Origin: Octopus bimaculoides
Taxonomy: Eukaryota
Reading direction: 5' to 3'
Length of the DNA: 64,000 bases
NCBI RefSeq assembly: GCF_001194135.2
Contig: NC_068999.1
Coordinates: forward strand, 48,717,653 to 48,781,652
Shown here: positions 48,574-62,000 of the stretch, one piece after another
Position numbering within the stretch: position 1 is the first letter of the stretch
How the letters are laid out: every line of letters begins with the position of its first letter
Notes under the pieces: model-generated
Database searches by the model: none
Told to the model about the DNA's origin: nothing
What the model saw: only the letters and a program-made list of their open reading frames with translations
Position numbers and translations under genes: made by a program

Positions 48574-51500
48574 GTATGTGTATATATATATATGTATGTG
48601 TATATGTGTGTGTGTGTGTATATATATATATGTATGTATATATATATATAATTTTCTATAAGACGTTCATCAATTAAGTTAAACTACGAATGTTTTAATT
48701 AACCTTTTTTTTTTTTTTTTTTTTTTTTCGTTTGTTCAGAAAGTGGGGTCCTCTTATTCCGCAGGAAGACTGTTGCTATTTTTACACCATTCTTCCCTGT
48801 TACAGGCTGCTCTAAAAAAAAATACTATCCTGCTGTTATGCATGTACTCAACGAAAGAGAAATGAAAGATTTTTTTAGCTATTTAGGGGAAATACTTTAT
48901 GTTTTAAATGGTTTTTTTGTTCATTGAATCCTCGCAATTTATAGATAAGCTTTTTGTTACTTCAATAATCAAGTCTCAATGGAGTTTGTTTGCTATTAAA
49001 CCCCCGTTTTGACGTTTGTGTCCCTACCAAATCTGACTCCTAAATCTGTCGATGTGGCTTGCTAACAAGTAGAAAACTGCTATGATTATTTTTAACAGCT
49101 GCAATTTATTTACGGCAATATTTTGAGGGATCTGATTCGCGATCGTTTTTCATCTACAGCTGCTTAATATATTTTTGTTCCCCCACATTGGTATTTCAGT
49201 TTAAAATACCTCTTTCTCGTCATAATTGTTATTTCACCCTTCACATATTGCATATAACATTATTTAAAGTGTAGAAACCAGGCGTATAAAGTAATAATTG
49301 ACCGCAACATCCTGTATGCCTGCCTACTCATCTCGACTGTTTGCCTGACTAATGAGAACGTGTCGCTCCAAATATGTCTTACACGTGGATATTTTTCTAT
49401 TATCGTGAACGTTCTCGCTTTTTACGTTTCTGTTTCCTTCGTAATTTACATAAAATTGCTCTCATTTATATTCACTGATTATGTAATTTATCAACTTAGC
49501 TTTTTGGAAATAATCTTCAATAGAATATTCGTGTACGGAATCGTTGATTTAGCCTTCAACAGTTCGAGTTACTCAAGATTTTATAACGAAGATCCTGTAA
49601 CTGTTCTTTCACTGATACAATGTGTAATAAAACAATGTACATAATCCCCACAACTTTGATATATTTCAACTTCAATTAAATATGGATATTTTATCCATGA
49701 TATAAATTCCGCGGCGGCTAAAAATGGTTCGCCAGTTATAAACATATTGATTCGTTTTAAGGCGAACGATTTTTGATTGTTTGCTTTCTATAAACAACAT
49801 AGTTTTTTATCACAATAGTTGTTATGAATTAGTTTAAAATTGTTTATCCCCATATTTGTTCTTATTCCTAAAAAAAAATACGATTGGGTGAGTGTATTAC
49901 TGACGGCGAAGAAATAGTCTTCTAGTTTTATATCAACGTGTCGCTTGTTCAGTAACACTAAAATTTAGGCAAAGTTACCCAATTCGTGTGTGTTGCAATA
50001 ATCTGTTCTTTTCTGACTCTTAAAAAGGAAGATTGGCAAAAATAACATTTATTACTCGATAGAATTTGTTCTTTTTCCTTTTTGTGATTTTTTTTCTTCT
50101 ATTCATCTCAATATCATTCTCGGGTAGCTGGGCAACTGGTAATAAATACACCTAGCTTGCAAAGATTTAAATCCAGTAATTTTGTATTATATATTTTTTT
50201 CTTCCCGTCGGCGGCCCTTTTAAGCTCCTAATCTCTCCAACTCTTCTTGAACTCCAATATTCTTCCTAATCCACCGAACCTTTATTTAATACCAATGTTT
50301 CCACCGAAAACTGGCTTATTTAAACTTTAAAATTAATAATAATAATAATAATAATAAAAGTTGAGTGCATTTCCCCTATTATTCAGAGCCCTTCTGAGCG
50401 TAGGGACCATTAAATCTGAGTTTAATTTACCTGGGAAAAATATTTGAAGACCTAAATATTCATAACTATTTGGGCGTAGTATAAATATTTCCTGTCAGAA
50501 TTCATCAAAAATGACGTGCTGTCGGTTCCACTGATCACTAAGCCATGTTTACAGCATAAAAGATGAAGCATGCATTGCTTTGAGATGAAAGAATTCCATT
50601 GTTTGATGGACTATTATCGAGGCATTTGTGATATTGCACATGAATATGCCTCTTCGAATTCTTGCCTTTGCGATTGTATTGCAGTTGCAACAACAACAAT
50701 TTCTATTCGTTTTTGCGCTTGGAATTTTCGGTATATTATCATCACTGTTTTAGCGTCCACTTATCCGAGCTTGCATGGGTTGGATGAAATTGGTTGAGGC
50801 AGATATCCTACAGCCATATGCCCTTTCTGTCAGCATACATCACCTGTTTCCAAGCAAGGTGTTTTCTCCGCCCATGGCACGACATGTTTCCACGAAAGAT
50901 TGGAAACTAACATGATTGCTTTGTATGATGGTGATGCTCATTTGCAAACTATACGGTGATGTCAAGACAAGGAGAAACAAAGACATCACCGGTTTCTTTC
51001 AAATTCTATCTACCAAATTCACTCACATGGCTCTGGTCACTCGTGGGCTATATTAGAAGAGGTTTGCACAAGGTGCCACATAGTGAACGCGAAACCGTGT
51101 GTTTTGGAAGCAAATTTCTTAACCACAGAGCCTTGTCTGCACTTATATGGCTTTTCAAAAATTCACACAAATACACTTATGCACGCACATATACGATGGT
51201 ATTCTTTCAGATTCTATCGACCAAATCCTCTTACAGGGCTCTGGTTTCTTCATGGTTGTATTAGTAAACACTTGCCTAAGATGCCATGTGGTTGGGATGC
51301 AAACTTTTTAACCACACAGCCAGGCATGCACTTCAAGTTCATAAATTTTAGTATTTTAGTTGCATTCAATTTCTTTGTATAATATTCTACTGACAGTCAT
51401 GTTCTATTTTGACGTCAATGTTGCTTCAAGGTCAGTTGTACCAAAATGTTTTTTTTTGTGGATTTCGCTTAATTTTTATTTTTTTATTTTATCCCTTTTT

Positions 51501-53046
51501 CCATGACAGGTTATTTAAGAAATTTCAATTTCTAAAATCTTCCTTGCAGTGCTTTTTATAAACAACCATATGTAACACTTTTGAAAAAACATCCCTCATT
51601 GTTGTTCTCCCCTCAATTTCCAGTTTTACTCTTGGTGGATGACACCTTTGCATCACCCAAGGGACACCCCTTCAATGCATGTGTGTGCATGTGAACCTCC
51701 CTTACCCACTGAAATTTTTCAATTTTTTTCTGGTATTGCAAAAGTTCTTTTAAGCCCCACTTCAGGTCTCTTCAAACAGACATTCCTAATGTGATCATCT
51801 TCTGTATCTGGGACTACCTTATCAAATGTGTCTTCCCCTTTTCTTTAAATTCAGCAGGATGTAATCTGGGAGGGGCTTAATTGCTATGTCTAACTGGTTG
51901 GACAACTGTACAATAGTTGTCTTGTTGATTTGAATGAATAGACCAATATGTGTATAGTGAGATGGGGGAATTCCATAACCTATTGGATTGTAGTGAGACC
52001 ATAGATTTTTGCCTTAATGTAATATATCTTGTACAAGTCAACCTGGTTGACCCACCCTTTCTGCGGCTATGTAGACACATCCACAGAAAGAGTCACTGCA
52101 AGCTGAAGTTCATATGTTTTTTGTCTACCACTGATTACAGTGATTTGTTCCTAATTTCCATTTAGTTATAACAAAATGGACTAAGACCACATGAGAAAAA
52201 AAACTTTTGGCCATAGACACAATGCAAAGCTGACAACAGGATACAAAGTCCTGACTGCAGTATTTCTCTCAATACAGACACATGTAGCTTCCTTATGAGC
52301 ATATATACGTATTGTATGTAATTTTAATGTGAAGGTACATAGTTCAGTAGTTAGTGTCAAGCTCACAATCATGAGGTAGTGAGTTCGATTCCTGGTAAGT
52401 TTTAACGAAATATTGGAAGTGAACAACATTACTTGTATGATAATCGCAATCATTTACAACTATCCTGTAATGTCAAGGATGGACACACACACTGTCTACT
52501 TCCAGTTTCTGCGTCCCAAATCCACTCACAAGGCTTTTGGTTGGCTTAAGCCTATAGTAGAACCATTTAACCACACAGCCACACCTGTTATTTATTTCTA
52601 TTTATAAGTCTTAACATCATAATTTGTGAACGATAGTCTCATTGGTTATGTTCTTCTAATGAACACTGGCTCGTGTTTCTAATTGTGAAAATAACCTAGG
52701 AGTGCCATTAACTTCAGTTTCATATCAGTTCACAGACATATAATCACCCCCCCCCNNNNNNNNNNNNNNNNNNNNNNNNNNNNNNNNNNNNNNNNNNNNN
52801 NNNNNNNNNNNNNNNNNNNNNNNNNNNNNNNNNNNNNNNNNNNNNNNNNNNNNNNNNNNNNNNNNNNNNNNNNNNNNNNNNNNNNNNNNNNNNNNNNNNN
52901 NNNNNNNNNNNNNNNNNNNNNNNNNNNNNNNNNNNNNNNNNNNNNNNNNNNNNNNNNNNNNNNNNNNNNNNNNNNNNNNNNNNNNNNNNNNNNNNNNNNN
53001 NNNNNNNNNNNNNNNNNNNNNNNNNNNNNNNNNNNNNNNNNNNNNN

Positions 53047-53084
<38 letters not shown>

Positions 53085-56000
53085 GGAGAGAGAGAGACGC
53101 ATCTGTGGGGTAGCAATTCTGCTTTCCAATCACATGGTTCCAGGTTAAGTCCCTCTGTGTGGCACCTTAGGCAAGTGTCTTCTATAGTCATGGGTCAATC
53201 AAAGCCTTGTGAGTGGCTCTTGTAGACAGAAACTGAAAGAAGCCCGCCATGTGTATATGTGTTTATATATATATATTTATGTGTATGTGTCTTTGTGCCT
53301 TTGTTTGCCCCCCCCCCATCACTTGACAACTGGTGTATTTACATCCCCATAACTTAGCAGTCGGCTAAAGAGACCAATAGAATAAGTACTAGGCTTAAAA
53401 AAGAATAAGTCCTGGGGTTGATTTCTTTGACTAAAAAACTCTTAAAGGTGGCGCTCCAGCATGGCTGCAGGTAAATGACTGAAACGAGTAAAAAAAGAAT
53501 ATGCGTGAATATTTACACATACAGTGCAGGCGTGGTGGGTGTGTAGTCAAGAAGTGCAAGCATGGCTGTGCGATTGGAAGCTTGCGTTGCAACCACGTGG
53601 TTTTGGGTTCAGTCCCACAACATAGCACTTTGAGCAAGTGCTTTCTCCTTTTTTGCTTTAGGCTTGGGCCAACCAATGCCCTGTGAGTGAATCCGATAGA
53701 TGGTAACTGTGTCGAAGCCCATTATGTGTGAGTGTGTACGTCTTTGTGTTTGCACCCCACTCCATCATTTCTTGGTAACTGGTGTTGGTTTATTTTTGTC
53801 TCTGTAACTTAGTTGTCCAGCAAAAGAGATCAGTAGGATTAGTAGCAGACTAAAAAAAAAATATATGTACTGGGACTGATTTCAACATCATTCAATGTCC
53901 GTTGTCCATGCTAGCATGGTTTGGTTGCTGTGACCATAACTGGCAAGCTGGAGGCCTGCACCAGGTTCCAGCTTGATTTGGCATGGTTTCTACAGCTGGG
54001 TGCCCTTCCTAATGCCAACCACTTTACAGAGTGTGATGGGCACTTTTATGTGGTGCCTGTTCAATTACAACCCCCAAGGCGGTAACTCTACCATGACTGC
54101 TGTCCAATGACAGAAACAAGTACAAAAAAATGGTAAAAGTTATATATTTGAAGAGCTGCAATATAGCTTCTGTCTGTTAATTCTCATCAAGTATTGTTTA
54201 GTCAGGCTGAAGATAGTTGCCCAAGATCTTGTTTGTTAGGAAGTGATTCAAAATCACATAATTGCAAAGGAAACTTAACCACAACCCACCCTGTCTTTCT
54301 TTATATGGTGTAGCTGTGTGGTGGATTGTAAAAACGTTGCTGCTATTTCCAGCAGGTTGGACAGCCATGTAGCAGTTCTTTCTTTAGCTCATGTTTTTAA
54401 ACTAAATTGCTCTAATCTTTGCCAGTCTGTTACATGAGAAGATAGAAAAACAATTACCATACTTGCATGTGGATGTGTTGCACCCTTGGTACCAAATTTT
54501 TTTCCCCTTATAGTTTTAGCTTTGCCCCGTGTATGTTGCACTTCAGTTATTTCAGATAAAATCAACAAGTAATTATGGTAATTCAATATCCATGTTTTCA
54601 TTCTTCCAACCCATTTGATATTAACCCACTTAGAATGAATGCTGTTTTTATGATACAAAGTCTTTTATTTTATCGTTCATACCGAGCCCTTTAGCATTCA
54701 GATTACCCTGTCAAGTGTAATACTTATTTATTTGACAAAAAAAAAAAGGAAAAATCTTTGGCATTTTGAATCTATGCTTTTCAATAGCAAGGAATAAGGA
54801 AAGAAAGAAAATGGAGAGAGAAAAAAAAAAACATTGTCTGGATTAATGGTGCCATGTGTCAAAATATTGTTTTATATTCAAACTGGCCCCTCACACTTAC
54901 CCTACAATATTACTCCAAAAATAAACACTCACGTCATTGGAATCTTAAAGCTACAAAGACAATGGATGATTAATTCAAACTGATCTAAATAAATAAGAAG
55001 TTTGCTTTGCAACTACATGATTTCGTGTTCAATCTCACTGTATAGCATCAAGGGTGAATGTTTTCCTATGTAGCCCTGGGCCAACTAATTCGTTCTCAGT
55101 GAACTGTACGGAAGCCAGTTGTATGTGTGTGTATGTATCTTCACATTGGCACCACTATGGCAGTTTGATGTGTGAAGGCCAGTGGAATATTTATCTTAGT
55201 TGTTTTCTGAAAAGAGTGTTTTCTCACTTGAAAACAAGCATGGTTTGGCACCTGGCCATTGAATTCTGTCTCGAACAACCTTGTCTGACATGTGCCAGCA
55301 TAGAAAAAGCGGCTGTGAAAATACTGATGATGTGATACATGAGAATTTGTTGAAAAGCCATTATCATATTATATATTATTTTCCTTTGTTTTGCAAGGAC
55401 AATATGGATATTTTCATTATTTCATTAGCACTTTTGCCATTATTGGAAAATATTGGAGTGAACGTCTTTTGAATCCTCACCAGGTCGGCTGTAACAAGGG
55501 AAGAAGGGACAGTTTTCATTTTCTCTTGGACTGCCTGAAATTATATCTTTGGTCCCAGGATATCAAACTGCTTAAAATAACTCAAATGTTCATATTTAAA
55601 TTACAATTCTTTTCTGAATTATAACTAAGCAAATGGTTTTGGTAAAGTTATGTTCAAAACATTAATGTATCGTTAAATACAAGGGTTAGTTATTTCAGCA
55701 AACCACTTCAGATTTCTGATTCATTTGTAAATAAATTTAAACACAGCAGCAGCGACAGCCTATGTTGTTTAGGGAAAACTGATCACACAAGACATTTGAC
55801 TTCTGCATTTGTTTAGTTGATTTGTACTACCTCAATCACTTTAACAGTTTGGTTTTAAGAATGGATTTATAATGGTTGAATACTGATTAACCTTCATTTA
55901 TTTTATCATTACAGATTTTGTCAGGTGATGCTGTTGTTATTCGGGGTCAACCACGTGGTGGACCTCCCAAAGAACGAACTATATGTCTGTCAAATATTAC

Positions 56001-59000
56001 AGCTCCCAGGTTAGCTCGTAGGGCTAATCCGAAAGAAACAAAAGATGAGGTAAACTGTTTTTTGATTTTCTATGTTTGTTATAGCACAGGTGTGGCTGAG
56101 TGGTTAATAAACTTGCTTCCCAACCATGTGTTCACTGTGCAACACCTTGGGCGAGTGTCTTCTATACAACCCTAGGTTCACCAAACCCATGAGTGGATTT
56201 GGTTGACAAACTGAAAAAGAGCCCGGTTTATAATTACAAACATACATATATGTATGTTTATGTATGTACCTATACCAGACTTAAAAAATATAAGTACCGT
56301 GGTTGATTTGTTTGACTACACCATTCAAGAGGGTGCCCCAGCATAGATGCCATCTATGTAAAAGTAAGTTTGTGTGTATTTTTGTCTAGACATCACATGG
56401 TGGTTTGTAAATGAGCATCAGGGTAAAGGGTATAAGATCCCTTTCAGTCATGAATGGCCATGGGATTGCATCTAGAATGTTCCCCTCTGAGGTACAAGTC
56501 TGGGCAAGGTTGTTTATGGAAGACCAGCAATCACCCATGCATATCAGCCTCTCCTCTCCATGCCACTGATGTTATCCAAGGGAAAGGCAAAAGGGGATGA
56601 TACAGCTTGGCGCCAATTACGATGCAACTCCTTTCTATAGCTGAGTGATCTAGAGCAATATGAAATAAAGTGTCTTGCTCAAGAACACAACACACAGCCT
56701 GGTCCGGCAATTGAACTATTTTATGATTGTGAATCTGACACTCCATGCATCATAGTGATACAAATGAGGTCGTTTCCGGTCTTCTGTCAAGTCTGCTAAC
56801 AACTATATAGTTCTCTTAATGTTGTGTTCCTCTAAATATTGGAAATTTGAAAATTTGTTTCTTCTGTTCAGTTAACTTTTGGTGTACCATCATGATTTTG
56901 TGTTGTTATTTCTTTAAAGCCTTATGCTTGGGAAGCCAGAGAATATCTTCGTAAGAGGTTAATAGGCCTTGAAGTGACTTTCACTGTGGAATATACTGTT
57001 CCAGGTACAAATAGAGAATATGGATGTATCTACATTGGATCTGGTGAGTGTGCAATTGTTTCTTAAGAGAAATGAAAATATTGTCATCAAATATTACACA
57101 TCATATTTTGATCTAAACATTTTTTATTATCTTGTTTTCTAAATTAGGCATGGAAGGAGGGGAAGTATATCTATGGCTTTTGCAGGTCTTTCTGCACTGG
57201 TGGGATTGATGGGGCTAATATCCAGTAAATTAATTTCTTCAGGAAAAAAAACATAGCTATTCAAAAGAAAGACTTAATCTAAAGATCAAAATTTAACAAA
57301 TTCAATGCAATTTTAATATCATTTGTATTCAAAATTTATAAGTTTTAGTAAAGGACATGAAATGGAGATGAGAATTAAATAAATGATGGATATTTATATT
57401 TTGTGTATTATTATGCTAAGCAATCACTTATCTTGATAAATTCGTTTTCTGTTGTGTTCTGAGAAAACTATTATCTGAATTACATCTCTTATGATATAGT
57501 GTAGCCAACACCATTTGTTCAAATAATCTATTAGGACTCTTCAATTATCTGGACTGAGCAGTTCAATTAATGCAGTTCCCATCTAGGTTCATTTAGCTAT
57601 TTGTATTACCACAGTCAGTGAAACAAGTACCAGATTAAAAGTGTTAAAGTAAGTTTGATGTAGGATGTCTTGACTTTGGTGGATGTTAGCTTTTAACTCA
57701 GATCCTTCTGGCAGTGTTTTTTTTTTTTTTCTTTTTTTCTCATCTTGCAGTCGCTTAACCATTAATCTCATATATCTCAATGGTTGCTCATCTTCTTGGC
57801 TAAAAAAAAAAAAAAACTGAACGGATATCTTACGATTTTGAAGCAACCAATGTAGTAAAAATGAATATTTTACAGGCTTAGTGGTGTTGGTAGATAGATC
57901 ATTAAATATTGTATGTAATTGCTAAGATTAATTTTCTTAGTATTTTTCACTAACAATATATTTGAATTGTAATTAGATTGCTAATGTCCTTGAGAAAGGT
58001 GAGAGGTATGTTCATCTCTATAATATTCATTATAGAGATGAACATTACTTGTCTCATCTCTTGTGATATTAGGAAAATGTAAAAGTTCAGTTCTACAGAT
58101 CTTCAACTGTTTCTTGATTTTCTTTTAGGTGGGAAGAATGGCTAATGCTGTTCCTACTCTGTGTCCAATATCTTAAATGCCATTGTTTCAAAAGCTATAG
58201 TGTTTGTACAAGATATGGTTTGTAAGGGAAATCAACATTGAAATTATTATTAAAAATATCATTTAATTTGATCTAGGTTGTTCAGACATAATGACGTAAC
58301 TGTAATTGACTTGATTGTATCTTAATTTGAATGTTCCAGATAATTCTCGGGAGAATATGACTGAATCATTGATATCTGAAGGTCTAGTAGAAGTAAGGCG
58401 AGGCGGTTTGAAACCATCTGAGTATGTATACTGTATTTGTTTGGCTTTTTTGTGATTATACCCAGCAAGTAAACTGCTTAAGTGTTTCAGTTAATTTTCA
58501 TTTAGAAAGGAAGACTATCCTTTCAATACCATATTGCTATTGAAACAGTTTTCGTTTCAGTTAATTTTAAAAATAACAAAGAGTTTAATAAAACAGTTTA
58601 GTCATTTTTAAGTTCGTGTTTGGAACTGAAATTAACATGAAATTTTGATTCAATTTTTAATTTAGATCATTTTGAAACAGGGCGTTTGTATAATATAATC
58701 AAGGGCTTGGTGTTAAAAGGGTTAAATTACCTCAAACTTTATATATATTGGTATAAATTACAGAAACTTTAGCTTATCTATCATTAATGTTTTGGAGATT
58801 TTAATCAAGATTTTAGTGTAGGCTGTCTCAATCAGGTTAACAAAGATTAAAAGGGTTAACAAAGTGTTATTTACTTAAAAGGTAATTTATAACTTTTGAA
58901 ATTTGAAGAGCTGATCTGACACTTGTGATGAATAAAGATGCGTTTCAGCTTGGAACCAAATGGATAGGATTTATTTATTGTAATTCAAGTAGATTATGTG

Positions 59001-62000
59001 GGTTTGTAATATGAATACATTTAATAATTCTATTTGAAATTTTCATCATTCTACTGAATTTTTAGCATTCTGGACCAAAATGTTACAAGTTCAAATTCTA
59101 CTGCTTTGCCATGCTTACTTCATCAGTGCAGCTGAAAATAGGTGCCAAGCTATTTTTCTAATGTTAACCCTTTCGTTACCGTATTTATTTTGAGATGCTC
59201 TGTGTTTCTTTCAATTAATTTTAAATATAACAAAAAATTTAGTAAAATGACTTCGTTATCATTAAGCTAGTATTAGGAACATAAATTGTGACTAAGGTGG
59301 AAGATTTTAATTCAAAACTTATGGAAACAAGTCATTTGTACTACAGAGCCAGAGCCGGTTTCAGCCGGGTTGGTATCAAAAGGGTTAAGTGGGAGAGTAG
59401 TTTCAGCTGGACTAGTCAATAGGCTGCTGACTGATGAGTCCAAAGTACATTTACTACATTGTGTCCACAGTAACTTAATTATAGAATAATCCATCTGGTT
59501 ATAAATAGGTATAGTGGATGTGCATGGCTTAGTAACGAATGGCCTCTGCTTTGTTGATTTATCCCAGATACACTCACTGCACATTGATGTAATTTTTGTT
59601 TGTTAAAAATTCAGAATTATGAAATTATAACTTAATGAATTAAATAGAGGAACACATTAGAGCTCTATCCGGTTTATAAATTGACAGCTTTTAAAATGTT
59701 TTTTTATCATTATCAAAATAGCCTAACAATAACACATACTTACAGGTGAAGGTGTGGCTGTGTAGTAAGCAGTTTACTTCCCAACCACATCGTTCTGAGT
59801 TCAGTTCCACTGTGTGGCACCTTGGGCAAGTATCTTCTACGATAGCCTTGGGCCAACCAAAGCCTTGTGAATGGATTTGGTAGGCAGAAACTGAAAGAAG
59901 TTTGTTGTGTGTGTGTGTCTGTCTGTCCCCCACCATCACTTGACAACCAGTGACTTAATGGTTCAGCAAAATACACCAATCGAATAAATACTAGGCTTAA
60001 AAAAGTAAGTCCTGGGGTCGATTCATCCGACTAAAATTCTTCAAGGTGGTGCTCCAGCATGATCATGCTCTAATGACTGAAACAAAAGCTAAAAGATACA
60101 AAATGCTGTTCAAAGATGTGTAAAAGTTGGGTTTTTCTTTCTCTTTTTCTTTCTTTTTCTTTTTTTCTCCCCTAGTAATTTTTTCCCCCCTTTTGTTTGA
60201 TGCAGTGAAAGTCAACAAAAACTGATACAATTAGAAGAAAATGCCAAGTCTGCAGGGAAAGGAAAGTGGGCCACTGGTACAGCCAATGACCACATTCGAA
60301 ACATTAAGTGGACATGTGAAAATCCACGCAATTTTGTTGAATCTCATCATTATAAACCAGTTGAAGGTAAGCTATAGGTCTCAATGTTTACATCATCATC
60401 ATCATTTAACATTTCACTGTTCCATGCTTATATGGGTCAAATGGAATTTATTGAGGCAGATTTTCTATGGCCAGATGCCCTTTTTGTTTCTAAGTGAGTT
60501 AATAGATTGCCACAGCAAGACATGGTTTTCATAGAAGACTGGAAATAAGAAATCCCACTTGTATGACCGATGGTCTTTTACAACCATCGCATGATGTCAA
60601 GACAAGGGCCCACACAAACATAAGCGCATATCTCTATGTAGCAGTGTCCATTGTTTCCAATTTTTCTGTGAATTCATCATATTTGACCATGGGGAATGGG
60701 TGAGGGTTTGGTGACAGGAAGGGCATCTGGATTTAGAAAATCTGGTTTAAATTCCATCTGATGCAAGGATGGAAAAGTAGACATTAAAGAATGGTAAATT
60801 TATGGCACACACACATGCATGCAAGCAAGCAAGAAATACATATGGCTTAATTTCTGTATTTTTAAAATCAATCTTATATTGATATTTTTGAAGATGTTTG
60901 CTTATTTTTTAATCTTTTGTTTTAAATTTCAGCTGTGATTGAGCATGTGCGTGATGGTTGCACTGTACGTGCATTTTTGTTGCCCAACTTTGATTACGTC
61001 ACAGTTATGCTGTCAGGAATCAAAGTAAGTTTGAATGTTTGTCTTTGCACATGCATACACACATATCTCTCTCTGACTATTTTTTTTTTTTTTTGCTTTA
61101 CTTGTTTCGGTCATTGGACTGCAAACTGTAGTCTAATGACCGAAACAAATGACTATTTGTTCAGTTAAGCCTTTAAAATTTAGTCAAACAAATCAATCCC
61201 AATAGGTTTTTTTAAAAAAAAATTTGGTACTTATTCCTTTGGTCTCTTTTGCAGAACTGTTAAGTAACAGGAACATAAATAAACCAACACTGGTTGTCAA
61301 ACAGTGGTGGGCAACAAACATAAACATAGNNNNNNNNNNNNNNNNNNNNNNNNNNNNNNNNNNNNNNNNNNNNNNNNNNNNNNNNNNNNNNNNNNNNNNN
61401 NNNNNNNNNNNNNNNNNNNNNNNNNNNNNNNNNNNNNNNNNNNNNNNNNNNNNNNNNNNNNNNNNNNNNNNNNNNNNNNNNNNNNNNNNNNNNNNNNNNN
61501 NNNNNNNNNNNNNNNNNNNNNNNNNNNNNNNNNNNNNNNNNNNNNNNNNNNNNNNNNNNNNNNNNNNNNNNNNNNNNNNNNNNNNNNNNNNNNNCATCTT
61601 GTGTCTGAGTCATAGTGCCCTTTTAATCTTCAGCTAGCTCTGGTTAATAGAGAAATCTAATAAATTAATATTTTTTCCCTGCAACAGTTATCGTGAATTT
61701 GAAAGTATGTTAGCACAGTCTTTTATGTATTTATTCTCTCCTTTTTTTTATTATTATTATTATTATTTATATCTAATTTTATTACTTTCATGCCATTGTT
61801 TCCCTGAAACAAAAGTATAGTTGTCGCATGTCGATATTTATAAAATTTCACTAGCCCCTACCTCACCGCACTCTATTGTGTCACTTTGTGCTGTTACAAA
61901 TTAAAATGTTGTTATACTTCTAACCACTAATAATAAGAAAAATAAAAAAACCCAGTTTAAAGTATTGATTTATGATGCCCTTTACTACTACAAACCAGGC

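Noticed and set aside
47433-48677. Long 338-414 aa ORFs in the supplied track
   Set aside because: Translations of (TA/TG)n microsatellite plus N-gap (YIYI/VCVY/X runs); not genes. The same applies to ORFs at ~3240, 10290-10700, 12730-13170, 16130-16600, 42130-42480, 52725-53190 and 61190-61640.
59421-59450. CTGATGAGTCC resembling a hammerhead core
   Set aside because: No complementary stem II arm or GAAA follows. Similar rejects at 1628, 38272, 39205, 40841 and inside the HECT-like CDS.
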